A stretch of 64,000 nucleotides of DNA from Candidatus Poribacteria bacterium (GTDB lineage: Bacteria; Poribacteria; WGA-4E; WGA-3G), in contig JAJDZB010000029.1 in assembly GCA_022824835.1 (NCBI GenBank), positions 39,999-103,998 on the forward strand, read 5' to 3'. Shown in pieces: positions 9,487 to 19,625 of the stretch (the first letter of the stretch is position 1; the number at the start of each line of letters is the position of its first letter). The notes beneath the pieces were generated by a model that was not told the DNA's origin, searched no databases, and was given only the letters and a program-made list of their open reading frames with translations. Both the position numbers and the translations under genes were made by a program.

Positions 9487-10224
9487 TTAACTAAAATTGT
9501 CAAACGAGACTGTCAAATGCCCTTCATATACTGGTTGACATATTCCAACGTATAAACCGACTTGAAGTGGTTCTTGAAGTGCTATCGTTGTTTCACCCAC
9601 ATGTATCCATTCACCTTCTCCCTCAGATTTATACCATGCGTTGTAGTTATCACCGTCGCGTTGCATTCGCATAGCCATAGGTATATCGCCTTTTGGGGGA
9701 GTATCGACTAAACTAATGGCACCTGATGTGCTAAGTTCTCTCTGTTGCAATGCAAGATCAGTTCGATGACTTTGACCCCACGCTTTCAGTGTCACCCACT
9801 CACCATCCCTTCCATATCTATCTTTTGTCGTTGGCGAAGAGATAACTAATCCAACCACAGAACAAGAATTATCGTGATCGAATACGAATGAGCTCTCAAC
9901 TGTGAACTGATCTTCATTTGTGATCTGGTAAAATCGTGTGGTTGTATCATTTCTCCATAGATCTTGATTTAAACCACCCTCAACCACAAGTTTACCATCT
10001 ATCAACTCATAAGGACTCTTGTCTCCGTTTTGGATATGCCAATACGATTCTAACTCTTGACCATCAAAATCGTCGCTTTGTAGAACCTGATTTTCCTGTG
10101 CTTCAGCATTAGTGTGTATGCCTACTGATAGCACCAATAAAACAATGCCAATTTGACAGATCAGACTCATAATTTGAATCTTGTGTTTCATGTTATACCT
10201 CCAGTTAAAATAGTTATGTATCAA
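9487..10224 (-). CDS. Secreted jelly-roll/concanavalin-like protein.
   Basis: It has a signal peptide and the W/G/D pattern of a beta-sandwich lectin or glycoside-hydrolase-like fold. No catalytic motif is recognised. Confidence 0.3.
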   Translation of the reverse strand: MIHNYFNWRYNMKHKIQIMSLICQIGIVLLVLSVGIHTNAEAQENQVLQSDDFDGQELESYWHIQNGDKSPYELIDGKLVVEGGLNQDLWRNDTTTRFYQITNEDQFTVESSFVFDHDNSCSVVGLVISSPTTKDRYGRDGEWVTLKAWGQSHRTDLALQQRELSTSGAISLVDTPPKGDIPMAMRMQRDGDNYNAWYKSEGEGEWIHVGETTIALQEPLQVGLYVGICQPVYEGHLTVSFDNFS

Positions 10225-10314
10225 CTAATGGATATAGAGAAAATATCAGTATGTTATAATTCAAAAGTTAATGGGATGGACATATTAACCATCCATCCCA
10301 TGTAATATCATGCG

Positions 10315-11988
10315 TTATTCTTGAAGATTATTGCTATCTACAGACCGCATCTCATTTCGCTCTTTTATCATACCCGCAAGAACGCATCCACCCATACCTA
10401 ACAGCACAAGCGCGAAAGGGAAACCTGTTGCAAGTGATGCAGCTTGTAACGCCTTCAACCCTCCTCCGAGTAGCAATGCAATTGCGACTAAACCTTCAGC
10501 AGTACACCAGAAAACCCGTTGTGCAACTGGCGCGTCTACCTTACCACCTGCAGCAATGATGTCTATAATTAGTGAACCCGAATCTGATGAGGTGACAAAA
10601 AAGATGATCGTTAGCAACATAGCGGCACACGAAAGCAGCAATGATACTGGTAATTCTGTAAACATTTTAAAGAGTGCCAGTGGGTAATTATATGCTTCTA
10701 CCTCTTCGGTTACACCTGTGAAATCTCCAGTGAGAAACTGGTGGATAGCAGTACCTCCAAATGCACTAAACCACAATAGACACAATAGGGTCGGTAAAAT
10801 AAGCACAAAGAACACAAACTGACGCACGGTGCGTCCTTTTGAAATCCTTGCGATGAATGTTCCAATAAACGGAGCCCAAGCGATCCACCATGCCCAATAG
10901 AACGTAGTCCAATCGTGCAGAAAACCGGTGTCCTCACGTCCAACCCAGTTACTCAACGGCACAATTTCCTTGAAATAGGTACCAAATCCTGCAAAAATAT
11001 TTTGAAAGATATAACGGGTTGGACCAAGAATGAAAATAGTTACGAGCAAAATAAACGCAAGAATTATGTTGAACTGACTAAGTCGTTTAATGCCAACATT
11101 AATGCCTGTCATCACTGATACAAGAGCGATGGCTGTAATCCCAACAATCAACAGAACCATGGTCACCTCGTGTGCTGGTATCCCAAATAGATAGTTAAGA
11201 CCAGAAGTCACCTGTTCTACTCCTAAGCCAAGGGAAGTTGCGAGTCCAAAGATCCCAGCAAAAATGGCGAATGTATCAATAATGTGTCCGGGCCACCCCC
11301 ATATCCGGTCGCCGAGTATGGGATAAAACGCGGATCTGATAAGTAACGGAAATCCTCTATTATATGCGAAAAACGCCAAGGCAAGTCCGACAACGCCGTA
11401 GATTGCCCACCCATGTAGTCCCCAGTGAAAAACTGTTGTTGCTATACTCAAAGAAGCCGCCGATTTTAATTTGGGATCAGCGATGTCAGGAACAGCTGTA
11501 ACACTGTAATCTGCATTTGCGTCATAAACCGTTTCTCTCCCGAGCGGCGAATACTTCACAGCATCAGTATCCCCTTGAAAATAGGTAATCGGTTCCGACA
11601 CGCCAAAGAAGAGTAGTCCAATACCCACGCCTGCAGCAAAAAGCATCGCAAGCCATGTTAAATTGGAGTACTCAGGTTTTGCATCTGGACCTCCAAGTCG
11701 GATTTTACCAAGAGGGGAGATGGCGACAATTACACAAAAGAGAAATACAAGATTAGCTGTGATCATGAAGAGCCAATCAAGATTTGTGGTAAGCCATACT
11801 CGGGTGCTTTTGAAAAGTTCTGTCGCTTGGTCTTGAAAAATTAGTGAACCAGCTACGAATAATACAATGGTGATACTGGAAATTACGAATACAGGCGTTA
11901 AGTAAATGTCTAACCCGAATAGTTTCTTGTACCTGCCTTCATCTACCTGATGTGGCATCTGTTGCGGCTGTTTTTCTGCTTCGTTCAT
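10315..11988 (-). CDS. BCCT-family (betaine/carnitine/choline) transporter.
   Basis: It has 12 TM helices and the BCCT signature region '[28 protein letters not shown]', plus '[24 protein letters not shown]'. Confidence 0.85.
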   Translation of the reverse strand: [557 protein letters not shown]

Positions 11989-12027
11989 TTCAAACTTCTC
12001 CTTTTTTGTTGTAAGGGTGTGAACCGA

Positions 12028-13380
12028 TTAGAAATAAACACCGAAGTTAAAATTAAGACGCCAGTTCCAAACGTTATTGCCGTTTGCACCAACATCACCC
12101 GCGCCATCGTAGATACTGCCGTAACCTTCTCTGATACCATCACCTGCACTGTTGCCTACAAAGGAATTTCCATCAGACAAACCAAAGTCGCTATAGACAT
12201 ACAGTGAGTCAAAGATGTTCCAACTTATTCCTAATGTCACGAGGGTACTCGGGTTGTAAGTATCAACAGTCTTAAGAATAGTACTCCATTCAATGTATGG
12301 CGTTACACTGTTCAACCATGAGATTTTTTCCGTATTAATCCCACCATACCGTAGTGAAAGGGCAGGTATTAACCCCTCAGATGCAACAGGCCACGCAAAT
12401 TCGTAAGCACCCATCGGAATCAGGTCCCCTGTACCCCATGCCGTATCATCTGAAATATTGTGTACGTAATACGTAAACTGGGTATAGAGCGTGAAATCTG
12501 CTGCTGAGTTCTTCATGTGCGCGGAAAGAGCGTAGTGATTTCCGCTGTCATCGTTTCCGACATTCGTTCCTTGCAGCAACCCGAATTGTGCTGAGACGCC
12601 TATATCTGCGACGTTTTCAAAGGAATAGATTGCACGAAGATTAAACTGATGTTGCTCATCATAACCATTCTCCTCAACACCCCATTGCACATTTCCATCT
12701 TCATCCGCTTTTTCTTCCCATTTCACAACGTCGTATCCATAACGGGCACTATTGAGACTATTTCCTATCGTCTGAGGTTCACTCATGAGGAAATAACCTA
12801 CATCATAAGTCAGTTTACCTGTGTTGTTATGCCATACGATTCCCACATCAGGGTCGTCAGCAAGTCCAACATAAAAATGCTGGTCAAAAAACCAACTGGT
12901 AGAAACACCGTAGTCTGTTGGTCCAAAAGGTACTCGCACAACGCCTGCTTTGACCGTACCCGTATCCTTGAAATCATAACCCAACCAAGCAGTATGTATC
13001 ATGCTGTAACCGATTGAACTACCGAAATACCTCGGATACCACCGATATTCCATCTTTCCAATGACGTTATTAAAGTCAAGGTCAACATTCAACCGCAATA
13101 ATTCAAGATCAACATCGCCAAAGTTTGCCCCTCTACCATCGTCCTCCAAATAAGGCTGACCGGAACTATCATATCGCGTGCGGTCTTCATACGTACCGTA
13201 AACGTAGTTGGCACGCATTGCCCCACCGATTTTTATAGGACTCTTCTTGGGTTCGACTTCTGCACTGTTTTCTGTGGTCGTATCAGCCATCGCGAATGGT
13301 AAAGTTATCAAGAAAAAGACAATACAGAATGTTAGTAAAGGTTGGAACTTTCTATTTTTTATATTAAGCCGTTGTATCAT
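12028..13380 (-). CDS. Outer-membrane beta-barrel (porin-like) protein.
   Basis: The signal peptide starts at M17 of the ORF (MIQRLNIKNRKFQPLLTFCIVFFLITLPFAMA). The alternating hydrophobic pattern, Y/G/N/D richness and C-terminal aromatic residue (…FGVYF) are typical of OM beta-barrels. The start could be 13428 instead. Confidence 0.45.
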   Translation of the reverse strand: MIQRLNIKNRKFQPLLTFCIVFFLITLPFAMADTTTENSAEVEPKKSPIKIGGAMRANYVYGTYEDRTRYDSSGQPYLEDDGRGANFGDVDLELLRLNVDLDFNNVIGKMEYRWYPRYFGSSIGYSMIHTAWLGYDFKDTGTVKAGVVRVPFGPTDYGVSTSWFFDQHFYVGLADDPDVGIVWHNNTGKLTYDVGYFLMSEPQTIGNSLNSARYGYDVVKWEEKADEDGNVQWGVEENGYDEQHQFNLRAIYSFENVADIGVSAQFGLLQGTNVGNDDSGNHYALSAHMKNSAADFTLYTQFTYYVHNISDDTAWGTGDLIPMGAYEFAWPVASEGLIPALSLRYGGINTEKISWLNSVTPYIEWSTILKTVDTYNPSTLVTLGISWNIFDSLYVYSDFGLSDGNSFVGNSAGDGIREGYGSIYDGAGDVGANGNNVWNWRLNFNFGVYF

Positions 13381-13504
13381 ACTATTTTTCTCTAGCACAC
13401 TGCTCCTCCTTATGTACATAATACACATTTGGAGGGATTAAACTGAAATACAAAATATAGGCACAATTTCAGCACGTGGCACCTAAATAGATAGACTGTA
13501 CTGT

Positions 13505-13554
13505 TGCACAAACTTTTAGTTTGTGCAGTAGTGTACGCAAACTAAAAGTTTGCG
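13505..13554. promoter_or_regulatory. Two adjacent operator-like palindromes (GCAAACT-N5-AGTTTGC) upstream of the porin-like gene.
   Basis: tgcacaaacttttagtttgtgca at 13505-13527 and cgcaaactaaaagtttgcg at 13536-13554. They lie about 100 bp upstream of the gene at 12028..13380 (-). Confidence 0.3.
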
Positions 13555-13687
13555 CTACAACTGTGTGCAAGTAATTATATATTTCACCATAACAGAAGAA
13601 TAGCAGTTGTGTACACCCCTCCCTTGTACAAAACTGCAAGCCAACATATTATGTATGATAGCACATGTTCTATATAATGTCAAATAA

Positions 13688-13725
13688 AAAAACTCGCCTA
13701 CAATTTCTTGTAGACGAGTTCGTAA
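13688..13725 (-). terminator. Rho-independent terminator downstream of the gene at 13729..15618.
   Basis: An 11-bp stem, ctcgcctacaa/ttgtagacgag with one mismatch, is followed on the minus strand by a run of seven T (plus-strand A at 13689-13695). Confidence 0.5.
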
Positions 13726-13728
13726 TGC

Positions 13729-15618
13729 CTATTGCATTTGTCCCATTGCACTAAACATCATAAATGTTTGCACCAATTGTTTGTAATCACCCACTGCAAT
13801 GTGTAGTTTTGCCCCGACACCACCGTCCCTTACTTTTGCTGAGATACCGATACTGTAGTTTTCAGGGATCCCCATGATCATACCAGCCATCATCTGCATT
13901 TCAGCGGCAGCGTTCGGATCAGCTTTTGAGGCAAGAGAAACGAAACTCTTAATAGCTGCTATAGGAGAAATTCCAAATAGTAGGTTGTTATCTATTCCTA
14001 ACTTTTCAACAAGATTCTGGTAACCTACATTTTCAGATATGCTCTCAACAACTTTAGCTTTGCTATTAAGTGCTTGCTGTATTATTTCTGCCCCCCCTAA
14101 AGAAAAATAGAGTTGTCCATCCGAAAATGCATAAGACCAATGCCATTCATGGGGCATCAGAACAGCCATCTCTACCGGAACATCCTGAAAAGCAACACCA
14201 AAATTCGGAAAGACAATAGTCTTGATCTCTACCTCGTTATGCATAATTGGGTTTCCAACATATCCCCCATCGTAAATGGTGAACTGTGGCGTTTCTCCCA
14301 TTGAATCTTTCATAATTTGCATCATTTTGCTTAGGTTATCCAAGAAGTGTTCATCATAGTAGGTTTTGACTTTCTCTTCATCTTCAAGATCATAAATGAC
14401 CAAAACATCAGGAATTAAACTATCTCTAAAATTCACAGAGAAACCTTGTTCACTACCCAATGCTTTGTACATCTCTTTCATCTCTTCTACGATCTTTTTG
14501 AGGTCCTGACTCTGTTCTTCATCTTCTGAAGGTAGAGCTAACAACCAAGACATGCTCCATTCATATAAACTCAATGCATTTCCTTCAAAACCACCGAAAA
14601 GGAATCCCCCATTTGGTAAATCGTTCATGAGTGCTAATTCATCAGGCATCAGTTCCTTTAGGGTGTCTTGTATTTTCCCATCGTCTTTAAACTTCAGAAA
14701 AGGGGCAAGTTGTACATCAGTACCTTGTATCTGAAGGGTTGCACTCACAGACTCTACATCTCTTATTAGTTCAGCAAATGTACCAAACATACTTTCCATT
14801 ATTGGAACCGCAGACGTGGTAGCGGGATCACTTTCCATTGCATCAACTGCGGTTTTCATGTCTTCCATGATTGTTTCAATATGTGGGGCAAGAATTGTCC
14901 CAAGGTCAAAATACACAGCAAGCTGATCAGTTCCTTTTGCAATCTGATTTAGAAATACGGTGTAATCTGGGTTAGCAGCGATCGCGTTTTGCTCTCCCTT
15001 ACTCACATCAATGATGCTCACACAATCTTTAGCCTGTTGTGTGAAGGCAAGGGTATTACCCAAAATAGCAAAACTACCATCACCTTCAGAACTGAAGTAG
15101 GTTTCACCCTTATACTCGGTAGGTTCGCTGCCCTGTGCTTCTGTCTGAATAACCTGCATCATCGCATCCGGATCTGTCAAGTGTACAGTCGCGGCAACAG
15201 CAACGGGTTCGAAACTCGTAAAGAATATTGCAAAATCATTGTCTAAGTCCAATCCAATCTGTTCCAATTCAGCCAAACTCTCAAAGCCTGCCCCAAAGGA
15301 TTCTGCCAATATGGAGGCAAGGAGTTCAGGCTGTTCACCAACTTGAGGTGCCATTTCTGCCGCACCATCGTTGATCCTTTTATTCAGTTCAGATAGACTT
15401 GGACAGTAGATAATACCTAATGCGTTCTCAGGAATTAAATTTAACACGCTATCTTCAGGTATTCCTTTAGATTCTTCTTCTGTTTTTTCCGCATGTGCAT
15501 CTGTCAAAATATAGTCAGATTGATCAGCAATATTTGGGTGATCTGCATAAATGTTTGTCAATAGAATACATACGCAGCTTACAACGATAAAACTGAGTAG
15601 TGAAATTCGAGTCTTCAT
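13729..15618 (-). CDS. Large secreted hypothetical protein.
   Basis: It has a signal peptide (MKTRISLLSFIVVSCVCILLTNIYA), is 629 aa and acidic, and has no recognised motifs. Confidence 0.35.
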   Translation of the reverse strand: MKTRISLLSFIVVSCVCILLTNIYADHPNIADQSDYILTDAHAEKTEEESKGIPEDSVLNLIPENALGIIYCPSLSELNKRINDGAAEMAPQVGEQPELLASILAESFGAGFESLAELEQIGLDLDNDFAIFFTSFEPVAVAATVHLTDPDAMMQVIQTEAQGSEPTEYKGETYFSSEGDGSFAILGNTLAFTQQAKDCVSIIDVSKGEQNAIAANPDYTVFLNQIAKGTDQLAVYFDLGTILAPHIETIMEDMKTAVDAMESDPATTSAVPIMESMFGTFAELIRDVESVSATLQIQGTDVQLAPFLKFKDDGKIQDTLKELMPDELALMNDLPNGGFLFGGFEGNALSLYEWSMSWLLALPSEDEEQSQDLKKIVEEMKEMYKALGSEQGFSVNFRDSLIPDVLVIYDLEDEEKVKTYYDEHFLDNLSKMMQIMKDSMGETPQFTIYDGGYVGNPIMHNEVEIKTIVFPNFGVAFQDVPVEMAVLMPHEWHWSYAFSDGQLYFSLGGAEIIQQALNSKAKVVESISENVGYQNLVEKLGIDNNLLFGISPIAAIKSFVSLASKADPNAAAEMQMMAGMIMGIPENYSIGISAKVRDGGVGAKLHIAVGDYKQLVQTFMMFSAMGQMQ

Positions 15619-15670
15619 TATTATTTCTCCTTAGAAGGGGACAATTCTTATATCCTTTATGGATATCATA

Positions 15671-16759
15671 TTATTTCCTGTTATCTGTAATTTTCTTTTC
15701 AAGTGCGTTAATCTCATCATTTGAGGTTAACACACTTATTTCGACTTCGTAGTGGCGTCTGCCACCAGGTTCAATGTGTTGTAGCGAACCTTGTTCACGT
15801 TCCGATGCTCTTCCATCAACTCTGCAATTTGAAGGTTCTAAACCCATTACATAGTTTCCTTGACTACACAATTTCCATTGCACAAAGTGAGGAAACTGCG
15901 TCTTATGGTATCGGACTGCTATGCCTATACCTTTATTATCATTGAAACTTCGGTTCACGAGTGCAACACGGATATGGTTGTCAACATCAGGTTCCATCTG
16001 ATGATAGTATACCTGCTCCTTGAAATCAACAGTGGGAGGTTCGCCGCAGTTATAGTTTGATAGGTTATCCTTGGCATGTTCATCGCGAGGTGTGATTTGA
16101 GATGATGGTGCTAAAAGTTCGCTGCCATCTGCAAGTATTGGGAAACCTACATTTATATGGAATAAATACATGAGGGGCGAGTCTTTGTAACCAAGATTTT
16201 CAATAATATCTTCAATATGTATTTTATTCGAGCCTAATTCAGTCCAGATTCGGCGCGTTCTGCATAGATGTTCACCTAACGCTCTTGTTTCAGTGATTTT
16301 ACCTTGTGCCCATAAAATGTATCGGTCACCTTCCCAGCGACTATCAACCCATACATTTTTTGCGGGGATATATGAAGCTCTACCGTGTAGACCGAGTGCT
16401 TCATCCCCATCAACGTTTTTTGCACCTGCTTGTGTCATACCACACGTTGTAAGTAATCCACCATAAAAGCCGCGTAACCATCCATCTTCATGGGGTTCGT
16501 AATGTGCTGCTGCCACATCCCCAGTTCCAGATCGCCAACATAACGGTATACCCTTATAATCCGCATAAGAGATATCAAGACCACGGTTTGTCAAGACAGT
16601 GAAGTTTAACCCTGACCCCGTACGAAAACCGATTGCGTCTGTTCCCTTCTCATTGCCATCATTGAGTTGGATTATTTTAGCTTCCGCAACCTGAGAGATG
16701 TCTCCAATGTGCCGTAAGAGTTGCATTCTCTCATAGTTTTCTCCATATAGATGTATCAA
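15671..16759 (-). CDS. Protein with a galactose-mutarotase-like fold (DUF4432-like).
   Basis: The length and the H/E/D pattern resemble aldose-1-epimerase-like DUF4432 proteins. The assignment is tentative. Confidence 0.25.
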   Translation of the reverse strand: MIHLYGENYERMQLLRHIGDISQVAEAKIIQLNDGNEKGTDAIGFRTGSGLNFTVLTNRGLDISYADYKGIPLCWRSGTGDVAAAHYEPHEDGWLRGFYGGLLTTCGMTQAGAKNVDGDEALGLHGRASYIPAKNVWVDSRWEGDRYILWAQGKITETRALGEHLCRTRRIWTELGSNKIHIEDIIENLGYKDSPLMYLFHINVGFPILADGSELLAPSSQITPRDEHAKDNLSNYNCGEPPTVDFKEQVYYHQMEPDVDNHIRVALVNRSFNDNKGIGIAVRYHKTQFPHFVQWKLCSQGNYVMGLEPSNCRVDGRASEREQGSLQHIEPGGRRHYEVEISVLTSNDEINALEKKITDNRK

Positions 16760-16995
16760 AACGATGCTCTCCTTCCACTAATAGTTTATTGATTCAGATG
16801 TCCATCCCATTCAACTGAGATTGTAGCATAAAATGACAGAATACACAAGCGCGGATTCCAATTTAATAGTAGTAGGCACTTTCCGAGTGCCGTCTCTTAA
16901 AAATGAGTCTCTTCCGAAAACGCTACACACCCTTCCACTTGTTCCTACTTAACTGATAGTCTACAGCAAAAAAAGATAGTTAAATCTTAACATCC

Positions 16996-18162
16996 TTAAA
17001 TTTCGGACCGCAGGATTTCCGCTGCTTCATGTATCACTTGTAGTTTTTTAGATGCAATCTCAGCAGAATTTACGGGTCGGTCAGCAAATGTACCGAATCC
17101 GCAATCTGGATTTAGATAAATCTGTTCAGGTTCGCGATGTTTTAGTAAGTTGCGAACTTTCCCTAAGACAAAGTCAACAGGCTCGACCTCAGTCGTACGT
17201 GGATCAACCACACCTAATCCGATCTCTTTATCTGGTGGAAGTTCACCAAGAACATCAATACTCCCAGCACGTTCAGTTGCATATTCTAATACCAACTGAT
17301 TGACATGCATCTGACTGAAATACGGAATAAGTAGGTCGTAAGAGCCGCGAAGGAGCACATCCTCTTCTTGACTCCAATTGCCACGACAGACATGAAGAGC
17401 GGTTTTCATTTTACCATCAACACCCTCAACAACGCGATTTATCAGTTCTACAGCAAAATTGAGTTCATCCTCCGGAGTGCTCTTCTCTGAAAGTGCAGCA
17501 CACATAAACGAATGTGTTTCGTGGGGACCCGTAAATGCAACCTCGGTAAGCACAGGTTCATCGAACTGCACAAATTCACAACCTGCATCCTGTAAATCAA
17601 ACAACTCTTGCCTCAGCACTGATACGACATCATCTCCTAATGATTCTTTATCGGGATAGAAGTCGTAGGACAACTTCTTAACCCACATTGAACGGGTTAA
17701 CAGATAGGGACCGGGTAGCGTAACTTTTATAGGTTTCGTTGTATGCTCTTTTAAAAACAGGTAGTCTTGCAATACAAGTGTTGAGGAACGACTTATTTTG
17801 CCATCAACGACAGGATTCTTTAAGGCGAAAGCGGGGACATCTAATGCATTGAGAAGTTGTTCAAAAGCAGCTTTATCTTCTACGTAGTCCAACATCTCAG
17901 CAAGCGTCATCAACCGGATACCGTCCATACATCCAGTAATGAAGGAATAGAAGTTATCACGTCGTTGTTCTCCATCGCTTACGATGTCAACACCATCAGC
18001 TTCTTGTGATTTGAGGCTTTCAATCACAGCCTCGTCAGCAATTGCGTTAAATTCAGCATCCGTGACGCGTCCCTTCTGTTTATCTCTTAATGCCCGTGAA
18101 ACTGCTTTCGAACGCGGCATACTACCGACTACAGTCACGGGAAATGCGGGTAAATTATACAA
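16996..18162 (-). CDS. Methyltransferase of the cobalamin-independent methionine synthase family (MetE C-terminal domain-like, Meth_synt_2).
   Basis: 'VVGSMPR', 'KVTLPGPYLL', the zinc-ligand motifs 'ALHVCRGNW' and 'NPDCGFG', and its length of 388 aa. Confidence 0.55.
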   Translation of the reverse strand: MYNLPAFPVTVVGSMPRSKAVSRALRDKQKGRVTDAEFNAIADEAVIESLKSQEADGVDIVSDGEQRRDNFYSFITGCMDGIRLMTLAEMLDYVEDKAAFEQLLNALDVPAFALKNPVVDGKISRSSTLVLQDYLFLKEHTTKPIKVTLPGPYLLTRSMWVKKLSYDFYPDKESLGDDVVSVLRQELFDLQDAGCEFVQFDEPVLTEVAFTGPHETHSFMCAALSEKSTPEDELNFAVELINRVVEGVDGKMKTALHVCRGNWSQEEDVLLRGSYDLLIPYFSQMHVNQLVLEYATERAGSIDVLGELPPDKEIGLGVVDPRTTEVEPVDFVLGKVRNLLKHREPEQIYLNPDCGFGTFADRPVNSAEIASKKLQVIHEAAEILRSEI

Positions 18163-18332
18163 TGATCTGTTCTCCTTATCTGCTTATATAGACAAAGTAT
18201 TAGAGGTTGTCCCTCCATATATTATTTATAAAATATAAGTTACTACTTTGGTGGTGAAGTCTTATCTGATATTGTATCAGATATATGTCAAAAAAATCAA
18301 CTCTGAATAAAGGTTCTCTGTACAGGAAAAAA

Positions 18333-18470
18333 CTTGATACTGCTGTAGCACATTCATCCTTGATTGTGCTTCTTTCTCCAACCTTCATCGTCCATTACCC
18401 CTTTTCCGTACCCATTCATCTTGATATTGCTGTAGCACATTCATCCTTGATTGTGCTTCTTTCTCCAAAC
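18333..18470. repeat. Two direct copies of a 50-bp repeat, period 87 bp, in the 5' leader of the MetE-like gene.
   Basis: cttgata(c/t)tgctgtagcacattcatccttgattgtgcttctttctccaa(a)c at 18333-18382 and 18420-18470. The reverse complement contains AAGGATGAATGTGCTAC (SD-ATG-like). The same core recurs at 48293-48385 and partially at 7244-7262. Confidence 0.6.
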
Positions 18471-18504
18471 ACCTTATGCGTCAATTTAACGTGATCTTGA
18501 TAAT

Positions 18505-18545
18505 AGGATCTGGTTCGGTTAGGAAACCGAACCTACCGGCCTGGG
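18505..18545. repeat. REP-like hairpin of the GTAGG-head family, with its left arm degenerate.
   Basis: ggttcggtt-agga-aaccgaacctaccgg is the same element as the perfect 36-nt palindrome at 50333-50368. Confidence 0.45.
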
Positions 18546-18926
18546 AAAATCTGATTTATCAAACTCACGTTCAATTTAAGGATATTCTCTCTGGTTGGGT
18601 AGGCTATATAAGACCGATTTTAGTCCCATACCTTTTGCATCGCTGGGACTTGGGTTTTCCGGGATTCGTGTTCTATATATACCTTCCGCACCGATGATGC
18701 TGATATGTGATTTTCCAAAGCCTCAGAGAGGTGAAAGGTGTATAGTCCGCATAGATTCCAACCAATAGCAAGCCCCAGAGGGGCGAAAGGTGTATCAACG
18801 CACTAACGTTTTTCACTAAATTGACACCTAAAGTTTATTTACAGAAATTATGTAATGATACCATTGCAAGTTTTCTCTTTATATGGTATCATTTATGAAA
18901 CAAACAAAAAATGTCAAGAGAAGTGA

Positions 18927-19625
18927 ATGCACAAACCACGTACAGTTGATGGAATACTCAGAAAAATAGAAGAAAAAGCAAATACTGGCGAATATCTATA
19001 CCGTGGTGAACCGGAACACTTTCAGGATGTCCCGTATTGTGGGAAGGTTTCCTCTAACTTCTATCGTATTTTCCTTGATGATGAAAACTTTGATATAGAA
19101 GCGGAACACTTTAATATAGAAGAACTCCAAACAGCAGTGTTGAGTATATCTGATCAATTTTCACGAAAACCAATCAGTGATCTTGAACGCTTGTCTGAAA
19201 TTCAACATTATGGAGGTAAAACCAACCTCATTGATTTCACGAAGGATTATCTTATTGCACTTTTTATGGGATGTGATGGGTCTCCTGACGAGGATGGTCG
19301 GATTATCTTGCAAGAAAAGGAATTGATGGAACCCTATATTGAAGAACCTTACGAACCAATAAATCGCGTCATTGCCCAAAAAAGTGTTTTCGTTCGGCAT
19401 CCAGATGGCTTTATTCAACCAGACGAAGAAAACATCATCAATATTAAATCGGACCTCAAAAAGTCAATGTTAGAGCATCTACGATATTCCCACGATATTT
19501 CTTTTGAAACAATCTACAACGATATACATGGCTTTGTAAAAGATCAAAAAAACCACATGCAATTCTACAAGACGATTTATGAAGGTATACTCCAAAAGCA
19601 GAAAGGAGATACAGGATATGGCTAA
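18927..19625 (+). CDS. FRG-domain protein.
   Basis: 'LYRGEPEHFQDVPYCGKV' (the YRGQ/FRG motif) and 'IQHYGGKTNLIDFTKDYLIALFMGC' (the QHYG...LDWT box) define PF08867. Confidence 0.5.
   Translation: MHKPRTVDGILRKIEEKANTGEYLYRGEPEHFQDVPYCGKVSSNFYRIFLDDENFDIEAEHFNIEELQTAVLSISDQFSRKPISDLERLSEIQHYGGKTNLIDFTKDYLIALFMGCDGSPDEDGRIILQEKELMEPYIEEPYEPINRVIAQKSVFVRHPDGFIQPDEENIINIKSDLKKSMLEHLRYSHDISFETIYNDIHGFVKDQKNHMQFYKTIYEGILQKQKGDTGYG

Noticed and set aside
18333-18470. Possible CRISPR array (direct repeats with spacers) at 18.3 kb and 48.3 kb.
   Set aside because: There are only 2-3 copies. The units are head-to-tail without spacers at 48.3 kb. The repeat is 50 bp with a 37-bp spacer at 18.3 kb. No cas genes are in the window, and the copies sit in 5' leaders of genes.
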